Shown: positions 1-12,761 of the stretch, one piece after another
Layout: the number at the start of each line of letters is the position of its first letter
Numbering within the stretch: the first letter of the stretch is position 1
NCBI GenBank assembly: GCA_964304625.1
Contig: OZ199838.1
Location: 3,274,856 to 3,312,038, forward strand
Origin: Kudoa neothunni
Taxonomy: Eukaryota > Animalia > Cnidaria
Length of the DNA: 37,183 nucleotides
Reading direction: 5' to 3'
Notes under the pieces: generated by a model
What the model was told of the DNA's origin: nothing
Databases searched by the model: none
What the model saw: the letters and a program-made list of their open reading frames with translations, nothing else
Made by a program: the position numbers and the translations under genes

Positions 1-1499
1 CGACTGTAACAACCTTCCTATTAGTGATCAAAAATAATACAATATTAATATTGACCATCTGATTATGCAGAAAAATTAAATTAACCTAAATGGATGTTTC
101 AGGGAAAAAGTGTTGTTTTATTTTTTAAGATTAATCCTTTTCGTTACATATAATTTAATTTCTCTCTCAAAAAACCAAATTATTTTCTTTGAAATACAGC
201 AAATGCCCTGTAGCGCTTTGAACTAAAGCGTTTACGCTTATTTCAATTATACTAACAAAATATCACTAATAAATCCTGTATTTTACCTATCGAGAAGGAC
301 GTTAGTTCAACCTAATTAAATAGGTTAAATTCACCTATTATTATTGTTAAATTATAAGAAGCGTCACGGATTCTGTAAAAAGCAATTGTTCAAATCAGTT
401 CTCCCCATGCTGGAGTCTGTAAATCCCCCAAGGGGCACGCACACTAATTTCAGGGATTCTGCAAGAAGTTTTATACTATTAAAAAATCGGTCGTTCCTAA
501 ATTGCAGAATATAACAAAAGCAGCGTTTAAAAACATGTGACAATAATATCATAAATATAAATATATATGGTTAATATAATTATAAGTTCTTATTCACTTG
601 ACTTAGCTAGTCGAGGGTCCATCAACCAAAGAGATTAAGAAATAATTGTTTACATGAGTCATTTTTTATTTCCTATGGGTAAAATTATGATTAAAAGGAC
701 AAAAATTAAATAAGCAATGATGATGTATACGAAAAGATTCATCAGATAATATGCATTTAAATCAGTGCTTCCCGATTCATTTTAGTTCCCACACCCCCTT
801 CCAAAAAAGAGATTTAAAAATGGATTTATTTTTAGGCGGGAGAAATATTTTTACTAAACTTACTTTAAAAAGAAATCAGATGTGAACAAACAAATACATA
901 TGATAATAAAATAAATTTTTTCACCCTGTTTCTTGCCTTTTTGGACAATAATTAAGTTACAATAAGGCTATTTATCAGTTAAATATATACGTAAATAATA
1001 ATTTGCGGATGCACTAGATATATAAATATTTTAATGAAAATATAACATGCGAATAATGGTGCTTCTGCCATATTATGGATTTTGTAGTTTTTTTGTTGAT
1101 TCTAAATTTAAAAATTAAATGAGGAAACTAAATATGTGATCCGATCTCGAATGAAAAGTTTTAATTTATACCGTAAAGCCTGGATATTGCGTGACTCGAC
1201 ATAGCATAATTAAAGATTTTTCGATGTTTTCTAACTTAAAAAGTTTCAAAAAAGTCTTCCATTCAATAGTTAATATGTTTAGAAATGTGATTATTAATTT
1301 TTGATGAAATAACTCGATTAATCCTATATTCGATTCCCCAAAAAATAATGATAGGACGATCTCAGAGAAGCATGAGAGGAATAAATTCAAATAATTAAAT
1401 ATTACGATTAGATTAAAGCAATAAATATCAGGTGCCAACATGATGACAATAAAGCATTTTAACCAGCCAAGTAATGGCTGGATTTTAGCTTTCAGTAAA

Positions 1500-2160
1500 C
1501 CAAGATAGGTTATTCCTCTGTACATAGAATATTATCAAAAAAAGATAAATTTATTAGTTCAAACGTTTCAATTGATCGAATACGAGTTTCTTGGGGAAAA
1601 TACACTCAGATTGAAAATGAGTTGTATAATTGGATTGTAAGCATGCGAGAGAAAAAGAAAAATATCTCAAAATTTATAATAAAAGGAAAGGCGATGCTTA
1701 TAGCAAATAAACTTCAAGTCAAAGATTTTCATTCCAATGATGGGTGGTTTTAGAATGTCAAAAAGCGGTTCAGTTTGAAAAACCAAAAGCTCCACGGAGA
1801 AGTAGGTAGTGCCGTTACGATAGCAGTTACTGGAAGGATTGAACAATTTTCGGATGTAATACATAAATACAATCATGAAAATATTTGTAATCTCGACGAA
1901 TTTGCTCTTCTTTTCGAACAACTTCCCAAGCGTACTTATCGTACTTATACAATAAAAAACGAAATCGAAGTGAAGGGTTTTAAACACTCAAAAAAAGAGT
2001 CATGTGTTGGTAATTGCATCTTTGGTAGGTTTCAAAAACCACGTTATTTTAAAGGGGTGAATGATTTTCCTTGCAGATATTTCGCCCAAAATATGGTTGG
2101 GTGACAACAGCCATTTTCTACGAGATACTACAAGATTTGGATAATAAATTTATTCGAGAA
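1500..2160 (+). pseudogene. Tigger/pogo-family (CENP-B HTH + DDE_1) transposase remnant, frameshifted and truncated
   Basis: Translation across frames gives GKYTQIENELYNWIVSMREKKKNISKFIIKGKAMLIANKLQVKDFHSNDGWF (CENP-B-type HTH), KLHGEVGS, ICNLDEFALLFEQLPKRT (IFNxDETGLF-like first catalytic Asp) and GRFQKPRYFKGV..FPCRYFAQ. Frameshifts are present and there are no introns. Boundaries approximate. Confidence 0.85.
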
Positions 2161-2426
2161 ATTAATCATAATTCTATAAAGCTATAAAAAAATATTTATA
2201 ATACCCAACCAAATATACAATTTTAATAAATATTATTAAATTTTCACCTAAGCTCGTGCCAAAATTTACATAATTCTACAATCCTGCAGTGATGGATTTT
2301 ACTCACCTTTTAGTAAGTTCCTATAAATTGTGAAAAATCAGTTTATTAACGCACAATAAAAGTTAGTTAAATTCACGAATGATTTATTTACTTCACAAAT
2401 ATAAAAAAATATATTATTCCCACTAA

Positions 2427-2607
2427 TTGGCGGGATTTCGCGCTAATACGTAATCTCAAGATTAGGGTAGTGCCAAACCTCAGTAATAAAAATTTGAACC
2501 ACGCGCTTATATATCAAATTTATTGTTAGTTAAAAGTATATTTTTATATTATGATTTATATCGGTTCCTTGAAATTAAATAATGAATTAATTTTAAGTGC
2601 GCCAAAA
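2427..2607. promoter_or_regulatory. E2F-like sites upstream of TRAIP
   Basis: TTGGCGGGA (2427-2435) directly followed by TTTCGCGC (2436-2443), and GCGCCAAAA (2599-2607). These CpG-rich motifs sit in an AT-rich background within about 200 nt of the ATG. Confidence 0.55.
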
Positions 2608-2631
2608 ATTAATGCGCAGAATAAATTCCGA

Positions 2632-3988
2632 ATGACAGCAGTGGTATGCACTATATGTAGGTTGAAACTGGAACCTGATAAGATGAGTTCTTTGTGTTGT
2701 AAGTTTAATGAGAGATGGAGATATTTAATTTTTTTGACAGGCGGCCACATTTTCCACACATTTTGGTAATTTTCAGTAAATAAAATTTCGCAAAATAAAT
2801 TTGATAAAGTATAAACCAATGGTTGGCTGCTAGTAGAACATGCCCAAAATGTCGCCAAAAGACTATCAAATCTCAAAAATTATATTTTGATGTTGACGAA
2901 AATTCAACCGAAAATGGTTCCATTAATCTTTTGGATGATACACTTGAGAGAGTGAGTTGACCTATTCAGCCACTCTTTATTGAAAACTTTTTATCTTTGG
3001 TCATAGGAATTGACAACTCAAGCTCGTCATTTCGATTCAATTATTTCAGAAATGACAACTAACGAAGCCAAATTGAAATTGGAGATTAAAACTCTACAAA
3101 AAACAAACGAAAAATTTGATTTAGACAATATTGATATGAGTGTAGGGAATGTAGTTTTGATAGAGAATTGTAAAATCTCTGTAGAACCAGCTCGATATCA
3201 TTAAACAACAACTCCTAAATTATAACGCTCATATGGATGAGTTGGAGCAGTTGAAACGAAAGTTGACGTTATTTGAACAGTATTTCTTTTCCAATAATCC
3301 ATCGATTTCTACGAAATTTTTAACTTACAAATAAGTGTTCAAAAATGCGTGAAAAATTGTGAGGAAGACATAGAAGAAATGACCAAAAATATCACCGATA
3401 GACAATCTACGAAAGATTTGACAACATTTTTCTGTGTGTTAAAACGGTAGCTTCATTCAAATACTCATGATTACGATCAAATTTGCAGAGAATATGACAC
3501 ATTGAAGAAACACCATGAATCATTTTGCAAAAATTCTATTGAAGAGTTAAGAGCCAAAACTCTAAAATACAAAAAGTTGCTACTTCAAAAATCCGCCCAA
3601 GAAAATGTTAGCGACGACAAATCCAATCAAACATTGTATTTGGTTGTTTTTTCTTCTAAGTTTAGTTTATGTTTCCAAGAAGTATTAGAGAGTCTAAAAT
3701 TTATGAAGATTTAATTCCTATGAAGAAAGGTAACAATCTGCTTCTTGGAATTTTTTATGAAATAATAATGATAATAATCGGTTTATTCAATTAGTGCTGT
3801 TTGTGCAACCTCCTCCGATAACGCCGTAATTTAGTGTCATGATTTTAGGCTTGAAATTCTGTAGAGCACTCAAGAATGTCAATGAAATCAAATCAAAAAT
3901 TTCTCAAAGGAAAAGTGTAGCTTCAATGCACCCATATAGTATTCTAAAAATAAAAAACTCAATCAAAAATAGACAAAGATTTAGTTAA
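2632..3988 (+). CDS. TRAIP: TRAIP/NOPO-like RING E3 ubiquitin ligase, 10 exons
   Basis: Spliced N-terminus MTAVVCTICRLKLEPDKMSSLCCGHIFHTFCINQWLAASRTCPKCRQKTIKSQKLYFDV matches the TRAIP RING plus KLFFD motif, followed by coiled-coil. Nine GT-AG introns keep the frame open to TAA at 3986-3988. Confidence 0.85.
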
Positions 3989-4463
3989 TGTTTTTATTTG
4001 TTAATTATATAACTGTATTTCTTTTGATTACCGTGGGAATTTTTCTTCTCTTCATTTTTGTAGTGTTGATAGGACTAAATTAAAAGAGCATTAGTTTATA
4101 AATTGTTTTTCTAAAATGTGAGATTCTTCTTATTGAGTTCTAACAACCAATTAAAGGTGCTTTTAGTTAATATACTTATTCTCTAATTCTTAGATACTTT
4201 AATACACTAAAAATTCAAGGTAAAAATTTCTAGGCTATTTCTTGATGACAGTTTATAGTTTATTCACAACTCAATATCGTAACTGATATGGGCAATGATT
4301 ACTTTTACGGGCGAATTTAATCTGTGTGTGTATTGATTATTCTCGCGGAAATGGATATCTGCAAAACTAAGTGAAACAACATGTTATAATAATTTTTTTA
4401 AATATTCATATGTACGATTTAATCTGTTTCTTAATTTCAACAACATTGTTCCACTCTCTATAC

Positions 4464-6870
4464 CATCGGTTCTTAACCTGGTTTCCACAAGTAGGCCATT
4501 TAAAAAACGAGAATGATTATGTGTTGAAGTGAGGATCATCAAAGATTTGGATAGGGGTTCCATGATTGCAACATTTTGTGGTTGTTATTAATTTAGACAA
4601 ACATTTTGATAGATGATACATCTCAACAAATTAATTATATTAATTAAAAACGCTTGAAACATTTAACCACATCAAAATATTTAAGCAGATTATAAAATAT
4701 AATGTAATATTTCAATTTATATTCAAAAACTGAATAATAAATGTTTATTTTTAGATTTTTCATCAAGTTTATATTGTTGAGATAAACAATAAAAAAATCG
4801 TATATTTTGATTTGTGACGATTGTTTTACTTTAAAGTTTATTTTAATTACAAAATAATTATTGAATATTTTTGTTTTTAATTTATTAATGTGTATAAATA
4901 AAAAGATAATTTATAAACTAAACACCAAATTAAGGAATACTATCGCTTAATGGAGACAACTTTGTTCTAATTTTGAATAGATTAAATCAGAATATTCGAT
5001 TTTTAAATACGAACTCACAAGATTGAACATTTACAAACTAATTACTAAGATACAAACAAAATAAATCAGTGAACAATTAATGACTTCAAATTTATTAAAA
5101 TTATATAGAAACAACAATTTTTTTGATGTATTTATAAACAACATAGAGATTCCGCGTGAATCCGAATGTGTTCGACTTACGATTTATTTCTGGTTTATAG
5201 ATTAATTCTTTTAGGGCTAAATTTAAATAAATAATGTAATTTTTTGTGATAAGAATAAAAATGAAAACATTTTTGAAAAAGAAGTGAATTAACAGGACGA
5301 ATTGTAGGAAACGACTTTATTTCCGATTTTGTATGCGACACCACCCGAAGTTTGTACATATATATTGTAGTACTGTAGTTTAGCCGATATTTTCAAAAAA
5401 ACAAAATAGTTTATTCGAAAAAATAATGCACTGTTGAATTTGATAAGAAAATTTCTCCTAACATTGATTACGTAAATTCACCGTGAACGAATCACACAAT
5501 CTTGTTAATACATTAACTTAATCTCTTCGAAATAGAGGATAATCCATATATCCTCGAAATTTCGAGGGTTTGGAGATCTTTCGAGGGTCGAGGATCCTCG
5601 ATTTTTTGAAGCCTTATCTGTGAATGATTTAAATCAGATCTGAATCCAATTTTATCGCCATACATTCATTATAATTAGGTATTTTTAAACATTAGCGTAA
5701 TTATTTCAAAATTTCCTTGTATTACATTTATTTTGTAAAAAAATCTATAAAGCAAAAATTATCCAATAGGTTATTTGATTAACACTAAAAATTCCCCAAA
5801 TATACTTCTTAATGTCGCAGAGTACGAAATTAGAGTGATTACTCCTTTTACAAAAAGCTATTATTTCGATATTAGATTTCCATGTTGTTTACCATAAAAA
5901 AGTCACAAAATCGCTTATATGCGTGTTACTCTTTGAAATACTTATCAGAATTCAGTGAACTTATTGATAAAAAGAAACTACAAAAATCTCATTAAATTTT
6001 TTTAATGTCTATTATTTATAAGAAGTTGGATTTTTGAAAATTTACGAAAATTCTGTTGAGTAAATAATGAATAAATAACGAAACATTACACAGTCGATGT
6101 CAGTCCGCATGCGCAACATCAAAAACTCCTCATTCTCTCATTATTTTTCCACCATTTATTCAAAGTACGATGGTTTTTCATCAATTTTCTTGTTTTTACG
6201 CTATATAAAACATATGTGTAAACTGTTAATCAATATTCGTAGTTTCGTATTGTAGAGTTCATGAAAAAGACATATGTTGTTATTTTTCAACATTTTGACC
6301 AATTTTGTGTTTAGAAAGAGTTTAAAAATATATCTGATAACTTTTGGTGAAATAAGCACTGTTTTCCATCGTTTTTTGTTTATCTGCGCAGTTTTCCACT
6401 GCGTTGTTTAAAATAAGACAAATTAATTGACAGTTGTTATAAAATATGAATTAAATGTTAAAATGAAAAAACCGCACACATAGATATAGATATACACCTA
6501 TACATACAATCATACTCCACGAGAATGTAACAGCATTAATATATGCGCATGCGTACATAGAATATAACACTGATAATTGGTCATTTATTCAACATCTACA
6601 CAATGAATTTTCCTCATATTTAGTCAGTAAATTTAGAATTATATTTGAGACAATTTAATCAAATAAAAAAAGGGGGTAGATTTCTACCCCATATTATTTG
6701 AAGGGTGTAATTTTTTCAGCTACTTAGAAGGTTACTGAAGTGGACAATGGGAACAAACGGCTAAAATATTTATATGTCTGATTGGATTATGCATTAAAAC
6801 AAGATGTGTTACGTGGTGAATCCATTACACAAATTAGGGGTTCGCGAGGAAAAAAGATTAAGAACGATTG
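4464..6870. mobile_element. Non-autonomous hAT (Charlie-like) element, 2407 bp, probably a MITE expanded by nested insertions
   Basis: Left end CATCGGTTCTTAACCT; right end reverse complement CAATCGTTCTTAATCT. Perfect 8-bp TSD CTCTATAC at 4456-4463 and 6871-6878. Subterminal TAGGGGTTC motifs near both ends. No long ORF inside. Confidence 0.75.
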
Positions 6871-7824
6871 CTCTATACACTAATTTTTGAATATCGAATA
6901 TTAGTTTTTAAATCCATTTTAATATTCTAAATTTTACATCGGTCTTATTAAGTGAAGTTAAATTTATCTGATAATGGAGTTATGTCGTATGGTATATCGA
7001 AACGATTTATTATCATCATAAAAATGAAATAGATATTTTTTAAATTTTCAAATTAGCATATTAAGCTAACAAATCATATTAAAAATATTTTATATAAATA
7101 TTTGAGTGAAACTGAGTTTAAAAAACATTATATGTTAGTTGCTTTTGCATTAAATTATTCGTTGAACAAAAATTAAGTCAATTCAATGCTGTTTTTGAGC
7201 CTCAGGGAGTATTATTAGCAGAGTGGTGTTGGCATTGAAAATTCTATAAATTTCCCATACTACAGAACTTTTGAGTGTCCAAATATAAAATTAATTATTT
7301 TTCAATGTTCTAGCTTTATTTTTAAGTATTATAAAATCAATTTTAATATTCTAAAAGTTAAATTCTTCAATTTATTTTATATAAAATTATTTAGGTAGTT
7401 GATGTAAAATTAGGAAAAAAAATTATAAGGGTACAATCCAACAGGGTTTGTATGTAATGAGTTGGAAGATAGAGTTTTATGGAGTTTTATCACGTAGAAT
7501 CGCTGCATTACGTACGAGTCATGTTTTTGATTGATTTATTTGATAGTTGAAAGTATTTTTTTCATTATAAGTAAGAATTTGAAAATTAAAATTTATGTTA
7601 ATGTAAAAAAATGGAGATTACGTACGAGCCTTGTTGCATCGTATTTTGTTTGAGGAAAAAAAATTCAATAAATATTCACAATGAATAAATGTTGAAACCA
7701 TATTTGGAAAGTAACAGTTGAGATATTTAGCTTAAATTTTAATTTATAAAATTATTGATTTAATTGATTTAATAAATTGAGAGAGCATTTAAAAAATAAA
7801 AAGACAAAATCAATTTTCTAATTC

Positions 7825-7838
7825 ACGCGCAAGCGCGT
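7825..7838. promoter_or_regulatory. Palindromic CGCG (E2F/MCB-like) element upstream of RAD9
   Basis: ACGCGC-AA-GCGCGT inverted pair 30 nt upstream of the ATG at 7869. Confidence 0.45.
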
Positions 7839-7868
7839 AAATTATAAACGCTCATTCTGTTCTTCCAA

Positions 7869-9332
7869 ATGAACATATCAATAAAAGGAAAATACCTAAA
7901 AAGTGTTTTGAATATTTTATAAACCCAAATAACTCAATTATGGAATATGAATAGCTTTTGGAAAAGTACTCAATGCATTCACTAAGATTGCGGAAACAAT
8001 GCAAATAAGCCTTGATGTTGGTGATTCGTTGGATTCGGCGAATCAACTTTTGTTAAAGGTTTAGTTAGTTTGAATATGTTTCTTATTTAATTATATAGGA
8101 ATTTTCATTGAAAGCTTCAAGTATAAATAAAACTGGTTATTTTGATGCAAAATTCGAGCCAAATACCTTTTTCACCTACGAAGATAAATCTGCCAATTAT
8201 GAGAAAACTGGAAAGTTGATTTATGAAATAACAACAAAAGTAAGTGTTTCTTGTCTGGATACGGCAGGAAATTTTAATTAACAATAAATTTTTCAAGCAT
8301 CTCGCCGTACATTTTAAAGCGGCTTCGAGTCTTGAGAAATTACTTGATGATTGCAAGTTGTGCTTTGAAAATGATGATTATATTGTTCTGGTTTTCAAAT
8401 ACAAGCCAAGTATTTTTATGTTGAGTGGTGGGCATGCTACTATCTATGCATGCCATTTAGAAATTACAAAATCGTTTAAAATTTATTATAACACTCTTTC
8501 TACTGTAATTGAACCTCCTCGTTGTCAATACAACTCAAGAAACAATGAATTAGTAGTGACACCAAAGTAACTATTAGTGGTTGCTTTGGATCGAATGCTG
8601 TTTTAAAACCATTTAGTGTATTGGATACAATGATTAGTCAGTTTAGCCAAGATTGTCACTTTATGCAACTGTCTATCGATGGCAGTGATATTCGATTACA
8701 GACTGTTGCTAATGGTGAATATACTGTGTATATGTTTGCTAATAATGCGTAAAGTTTCCCACAATGACGTGGTTATGGAAGATGGGGGCCAATCTTGTGT
8801 GAGAACAACTTTCAATTTGGTACCCACCGACTTCATCTCAACACACATTACCTCGAACAGCAAAATCGTGTTTCCTTACCATTATCTCAAAATTATGGCA
8901 AACATTAATGAGCACAATAGACAAGCTTCTAAAATACAACTAAACTTTGACTCCTCGACTGAAAATTCGTAACTCTCTCCGCCTAATATATTCATCATTT
9001 AATGTTTAACTCAAAAGTCCTATAGAGTTCAAATTCGTGTTAAATGAATGTGACTGTCGTCTTATTTTATGCAGTTTATCAATGCCCACTGTTACATCTT
9101 CACAAAGTTGTTTTTTGAATATTTGATATGTGAAATGACATTATTTATCCAGATATAGCGCAGTTTGACGGAAAAAATACCGAAAAGTACTTTGCTTAGA
9201 TATGAAAAATTATTTACGTATGATTTAGCGATTTCGAAATAGATATAAATGAGGTGAGCAGTTTTTTGAACGAAATATTAATTTTTTCTCTAGATTATGG
9301 TAAATGATACCACATTTGAGACTCTATTCTAG
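7869..9332 (+). CDS. RAD9: RAD9 checkpoint clamp (9-1-1) subunit; C-terminus may extend to 9420
   Basis: Spliced product MNISIKGKYLKTFGKVLNAFTKIAETMQISL...FSLKASSINKTGYFDAKFEPNTFFTYE...HLAVHFKAASSLEKLLDDCKLCF...LVPTDFISTHITSNSKIVFPYHYLK...QLNFDSS...CRLILCSL is colinear with the Rad9 family. About 10 GT-AG introns. Confidence 0.8.
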
Positions 9333-9961
9333 AGAACGAAAAAGTACATTCAGCGAATGAATTTCTTATTAGATTTGATTTTTACTTTAGGAGTCATCCT
9401 CACAAGACTCTGTAGACTAAAAATTAATGTAACATGTATAATTAGGTGTAAAGTTTTTTTATTTTCAATGTATATGATATTTTAATTGTTCCAATTTTTA
9501 TGGGTTATACCGAAATATTTATAAAATGCATAACTTAACATTTTGGAAAAGTCGTACGTACCGAATTTTGTTAATTATTCTGAATAATTCTGTCCTAATA
9601 TTGAACTTTATTCTGTTTTACTACATAAAAACCTCCTTATAAAAAGTATTATAAACAATTAAACCTATGAGAATACACGGGAAGCAAGTCATTATTTCTA
9701 TTTTAAATGATTAGACTATTTTGTTGTATTTTTCCTTTTATTAATGATAATACTCAAGCAAATGCTTTTTTATGTCGTACTTGTTGTATAGGTGTATTGA
9801 AGATAGGATTTGTAATGCATCGTAATGGTAATTATTTAAAATGAAATTATAATATTTATTGGAACAATAATACAAATTATTAAAATAATAGGTTTATTGG
9901 TCATAGATACATTCATAGATAAGCAAATTCGACAATTATCCCTGAGATTCTTCTGGAGTGA

Positions 9962-9964
9962 ATG

Positions 9965-9993
<29 letters not shown>
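9962..9993. repeat. (ATGT)n tetranucleotide microsatellite
   Basis: About 8 tandem copies of ATGT are directly visible. Confidence 0.95.
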
Positions 9994-9995
<2 letters not shown>

Positions 9996-10109
9996 TGTCG
10001 AGGTGAGTGTATTTAATTATCTTATAAAATCAAAATCAGAATTTTAAGTCTTTATACTTGAACAAAAATTTAAATAAACTGGTGTGAAAAAAAATCAAAA
10101 TCAGAATTT

Positions 10110-12761
10110 CTAGTTTAAATGATATAATTTTCGTTTTTTTGAGGAGGCGTCGATGAGACAAATTTGAATTCTACAATAAACTATAAGAATTGTCATCAAC
10201 ACAAAACTACGTTTATCAACAGGAGTATCTATAGGTATTTGTTCTAATGAGAAGGATTTCTTGGAGACGGATCTATTGGTTTTTAAAGATTCACTAGTGT
10301 TACAAAATGTGGATAACAATCGATTTTTATCGGCGATTTCCTTCAGATTATTGTTCCATAGATTCTATTATACTTTCAAATATGCCACACAACGCCAAAT
10401 AATATCATAATATACCAGATTTTGAGAAGTATAAAAATGTTGTCGTTATCGTTATCGTTGGTACAAAGGGGATTATTCTCGAAGCATTTAGCATCATTAG
10501 AGGTGGTGGCAGTTGGTAGATTTTTGGTTTTATTCGCGGATTTAATGTTCTCATTGAATAATCCAAACAATAACTTTTGAATCTCGTTCGTAGGTAATCT
10601 ATCCATTTGTGGATGAGTTGGGGGACAACTGCGAAAAGTGCCCATTGGATATGTATTAGAAAAAGTTGTTCTTGCACATAGGAGAGTGATAGTTTATTGC
10701 GAATAGTGTTGTGATCGCTGGAAAGTTTGAAAGCGCGTCTATCTTTCCAAATAGTTTTAGGAATTTGAAAAAAGCTATAATAGAGTGCCATAGGTATTCC
10801 AATGGTAAGTAGAATGGCATAAAAACATGGCGATAAAAGTGTCATCAGACAAAAACAACACGCAACCAGTGAGGTGGATTGAAGATGGGTGCATTTGTTT
10901 TTAATTTTGTTGAACAACTTAAAAAATCGTTTCACACATTTCGATGATCGAAATCAAATGTTACAGCGGAGGTGAAGTAGCTAGGCAGGATAAGTGCTGT
11001 GACCGGTACAAGTAACACAAAAGCGCACGGAATCCACACAGGGCATGATGACATTAGAGCGATTCGCCAAATCAGTGTTTGTTTGTTGGTCCATTTCTTT
11101 CTTCCAAAATAAGTACATCCAGTAGGTCTAAAGATGAATTATTAGATATTTGTAGGATTAGATCGACCAATCCGAACATCTCAAAATTTACACATACAGC
11201 ACATAATGTTTGTCAGTTTTTGGTTGCATACACAACCAACAAAATGTTTTTTGGCAAATGTTACAGCTGACAAGATTGCATCTTCCATCGTCTTCTTTGA
11301 CTACAACACATTTGCAAGTTGGACACAAACGTATATCATCTAGTTGGAGATTGGGTAGATGAGGAGTAATCTCCTAAATTTTGGATCACCTATCAAAAAC
11401 AAACAATTCCTATCAGATGTACACGCTTCGCGTTGGCTATTTCACTGGGAAGATTTTTATTGGATGCTGCACTATAGTTGGCCATAGCTTTTAGATGAAG
11501 TTGGTAGAGTTTGGCAAGTTTTTTGGTGGGCCAGAATTTCATATTTTTAAGCAAATGATGTAGCATTGCTTCGTTACAGTTTTTATTTGGATGCCATTTT
11601 GATTTACAATAATAACAAAAATATATTCCACATGTTTTGTTGTGACACTTAATTTTGGGGCAGTCATCACAGTTGTCTGCGATCACCGCATTGGTGCAAT
11701 CTTTGCCTGGACAAAAAATAATATTTGGTATCAAAACCAAAGCTCTCTCCAAACACATTCTTTCGTACCTACACAAAATTACACTCATCCAAAAACAACC
11801 AATAAAAATCCTCCATGCACGTTGAATAGAAACAGCGGTTGTTAGATTGAGGGAAAATCGAAAAAATAGGCATTACTTTTCATACAACTGCTCTGAAGTC
11901 AATTTAATCATCTCCCCGGAACCCAACCTCATATCGATCAATTTCCTACTGTACAAAACTTGTTGAATCTCTTTGGTGTCTAATCCACTTGCACATTGGT
12001 GACAAGTTATTTGAGGATTGAAATTGCTCATTATCTGCTCGTAGATATAGTTGATAGCGCAACACACACAGAGTGAATGTTCACATTTGTTCCATCGAAT
12101 AAAATTCTTGTCAAGTTTATCCACCAGACAAACGTCACATGTACGATTCATAATGAAGGTTTCAATTGGTGGTTGTTTGTTGTTCGTAGTTCCACCTACA
12201 AACAATAACCCGTAATGATAACTAGAATGATTGGATGGATATTGTGAGTGCAAAGATACACGAATTTAGTTTGTTTTTCGGCGCATTCTTTTGATATGAA
12301 TCATCAAATTTGGTGGAGACTATTGGGACAATAGAAGGATCATGAACAGTGTCATCGTTGGGACAGTTGCTATCGGACGCAACTTGACCCATTAGTTGAC
12401 ACATAAAAAAAGCTTTAATCTTTTTCCTTTTGCACTTATTCAATTTGAGAGATTTTAATTTTTGCGACATTAATTTTTTCGAACAATCTATTCTTATGTG
12501 AAGAATGTGGTGGTAGTGCGAGAGAAATTTTCTAATTCTAGTGGATGGATAGCAGTCCAAAATTGTTTTCTTGGTTTGGTGTTGATTGGTCAACGGATTA
12601 ACGGATTCTTTTGCAATAGAATTATCTACAATAGTACCCACATCATTGTTAGTATATTCTGTTGGAGCAACATCGGAAATTTTGTGGGTGGTGGTGGATC
12701 TAACTTCATGCCCGGTAAAATAAATTGACACAATCGATACACTGTCGGTATCGTTATCCAT
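10110..12761 (-). CDS. RNF19: RNF19 (Dorfin)-like RBR E3 ubiquitin ligase with C-terminal transmembrane segments; both ends uncertain
   Basis: RING1 CDVC..CEHSLCVCC..ITCHQC; IBR FCPGKDCTNAVIADNCDDCPKIKC..CGIYFCYYCKSKWHPNKNC; RING2 DDIRLCPTCKCVVVKEDDGRCNLVSCNICQKTFCWLCM..HYVLPTGCTYFGRKKW, followed by hydrophobic segments as in RNF19A/B. Confidence 0.85.

Noticed and set aside
763-805. CAGTGCTTCCC hAT-like left end
   Set aside because: No matching right end or TSD found.
364-1987. Minus-strand ORFs 364-552, 1166-1525 and 1667-1987
   Set aside because: No recognisable domains; low-complexity ORFs, partly antisense to the Tigger remnant.
7424-9642. Weak inverted similarity (TTATAAGG, TACGTACGA) flanking RAD9, suggesting gene capture by a transposon
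   Set aside because: Similarity is limited to short motifs with different spacing, and no TSD was found.
10026-10109. 19-bp direct repeat AAAATCAAAATCAGAATTT about 65 bp apart (CRISPR-like spacing)
   Set aside because: Only two copies in a eukaryotic 3' region; a local duplication.
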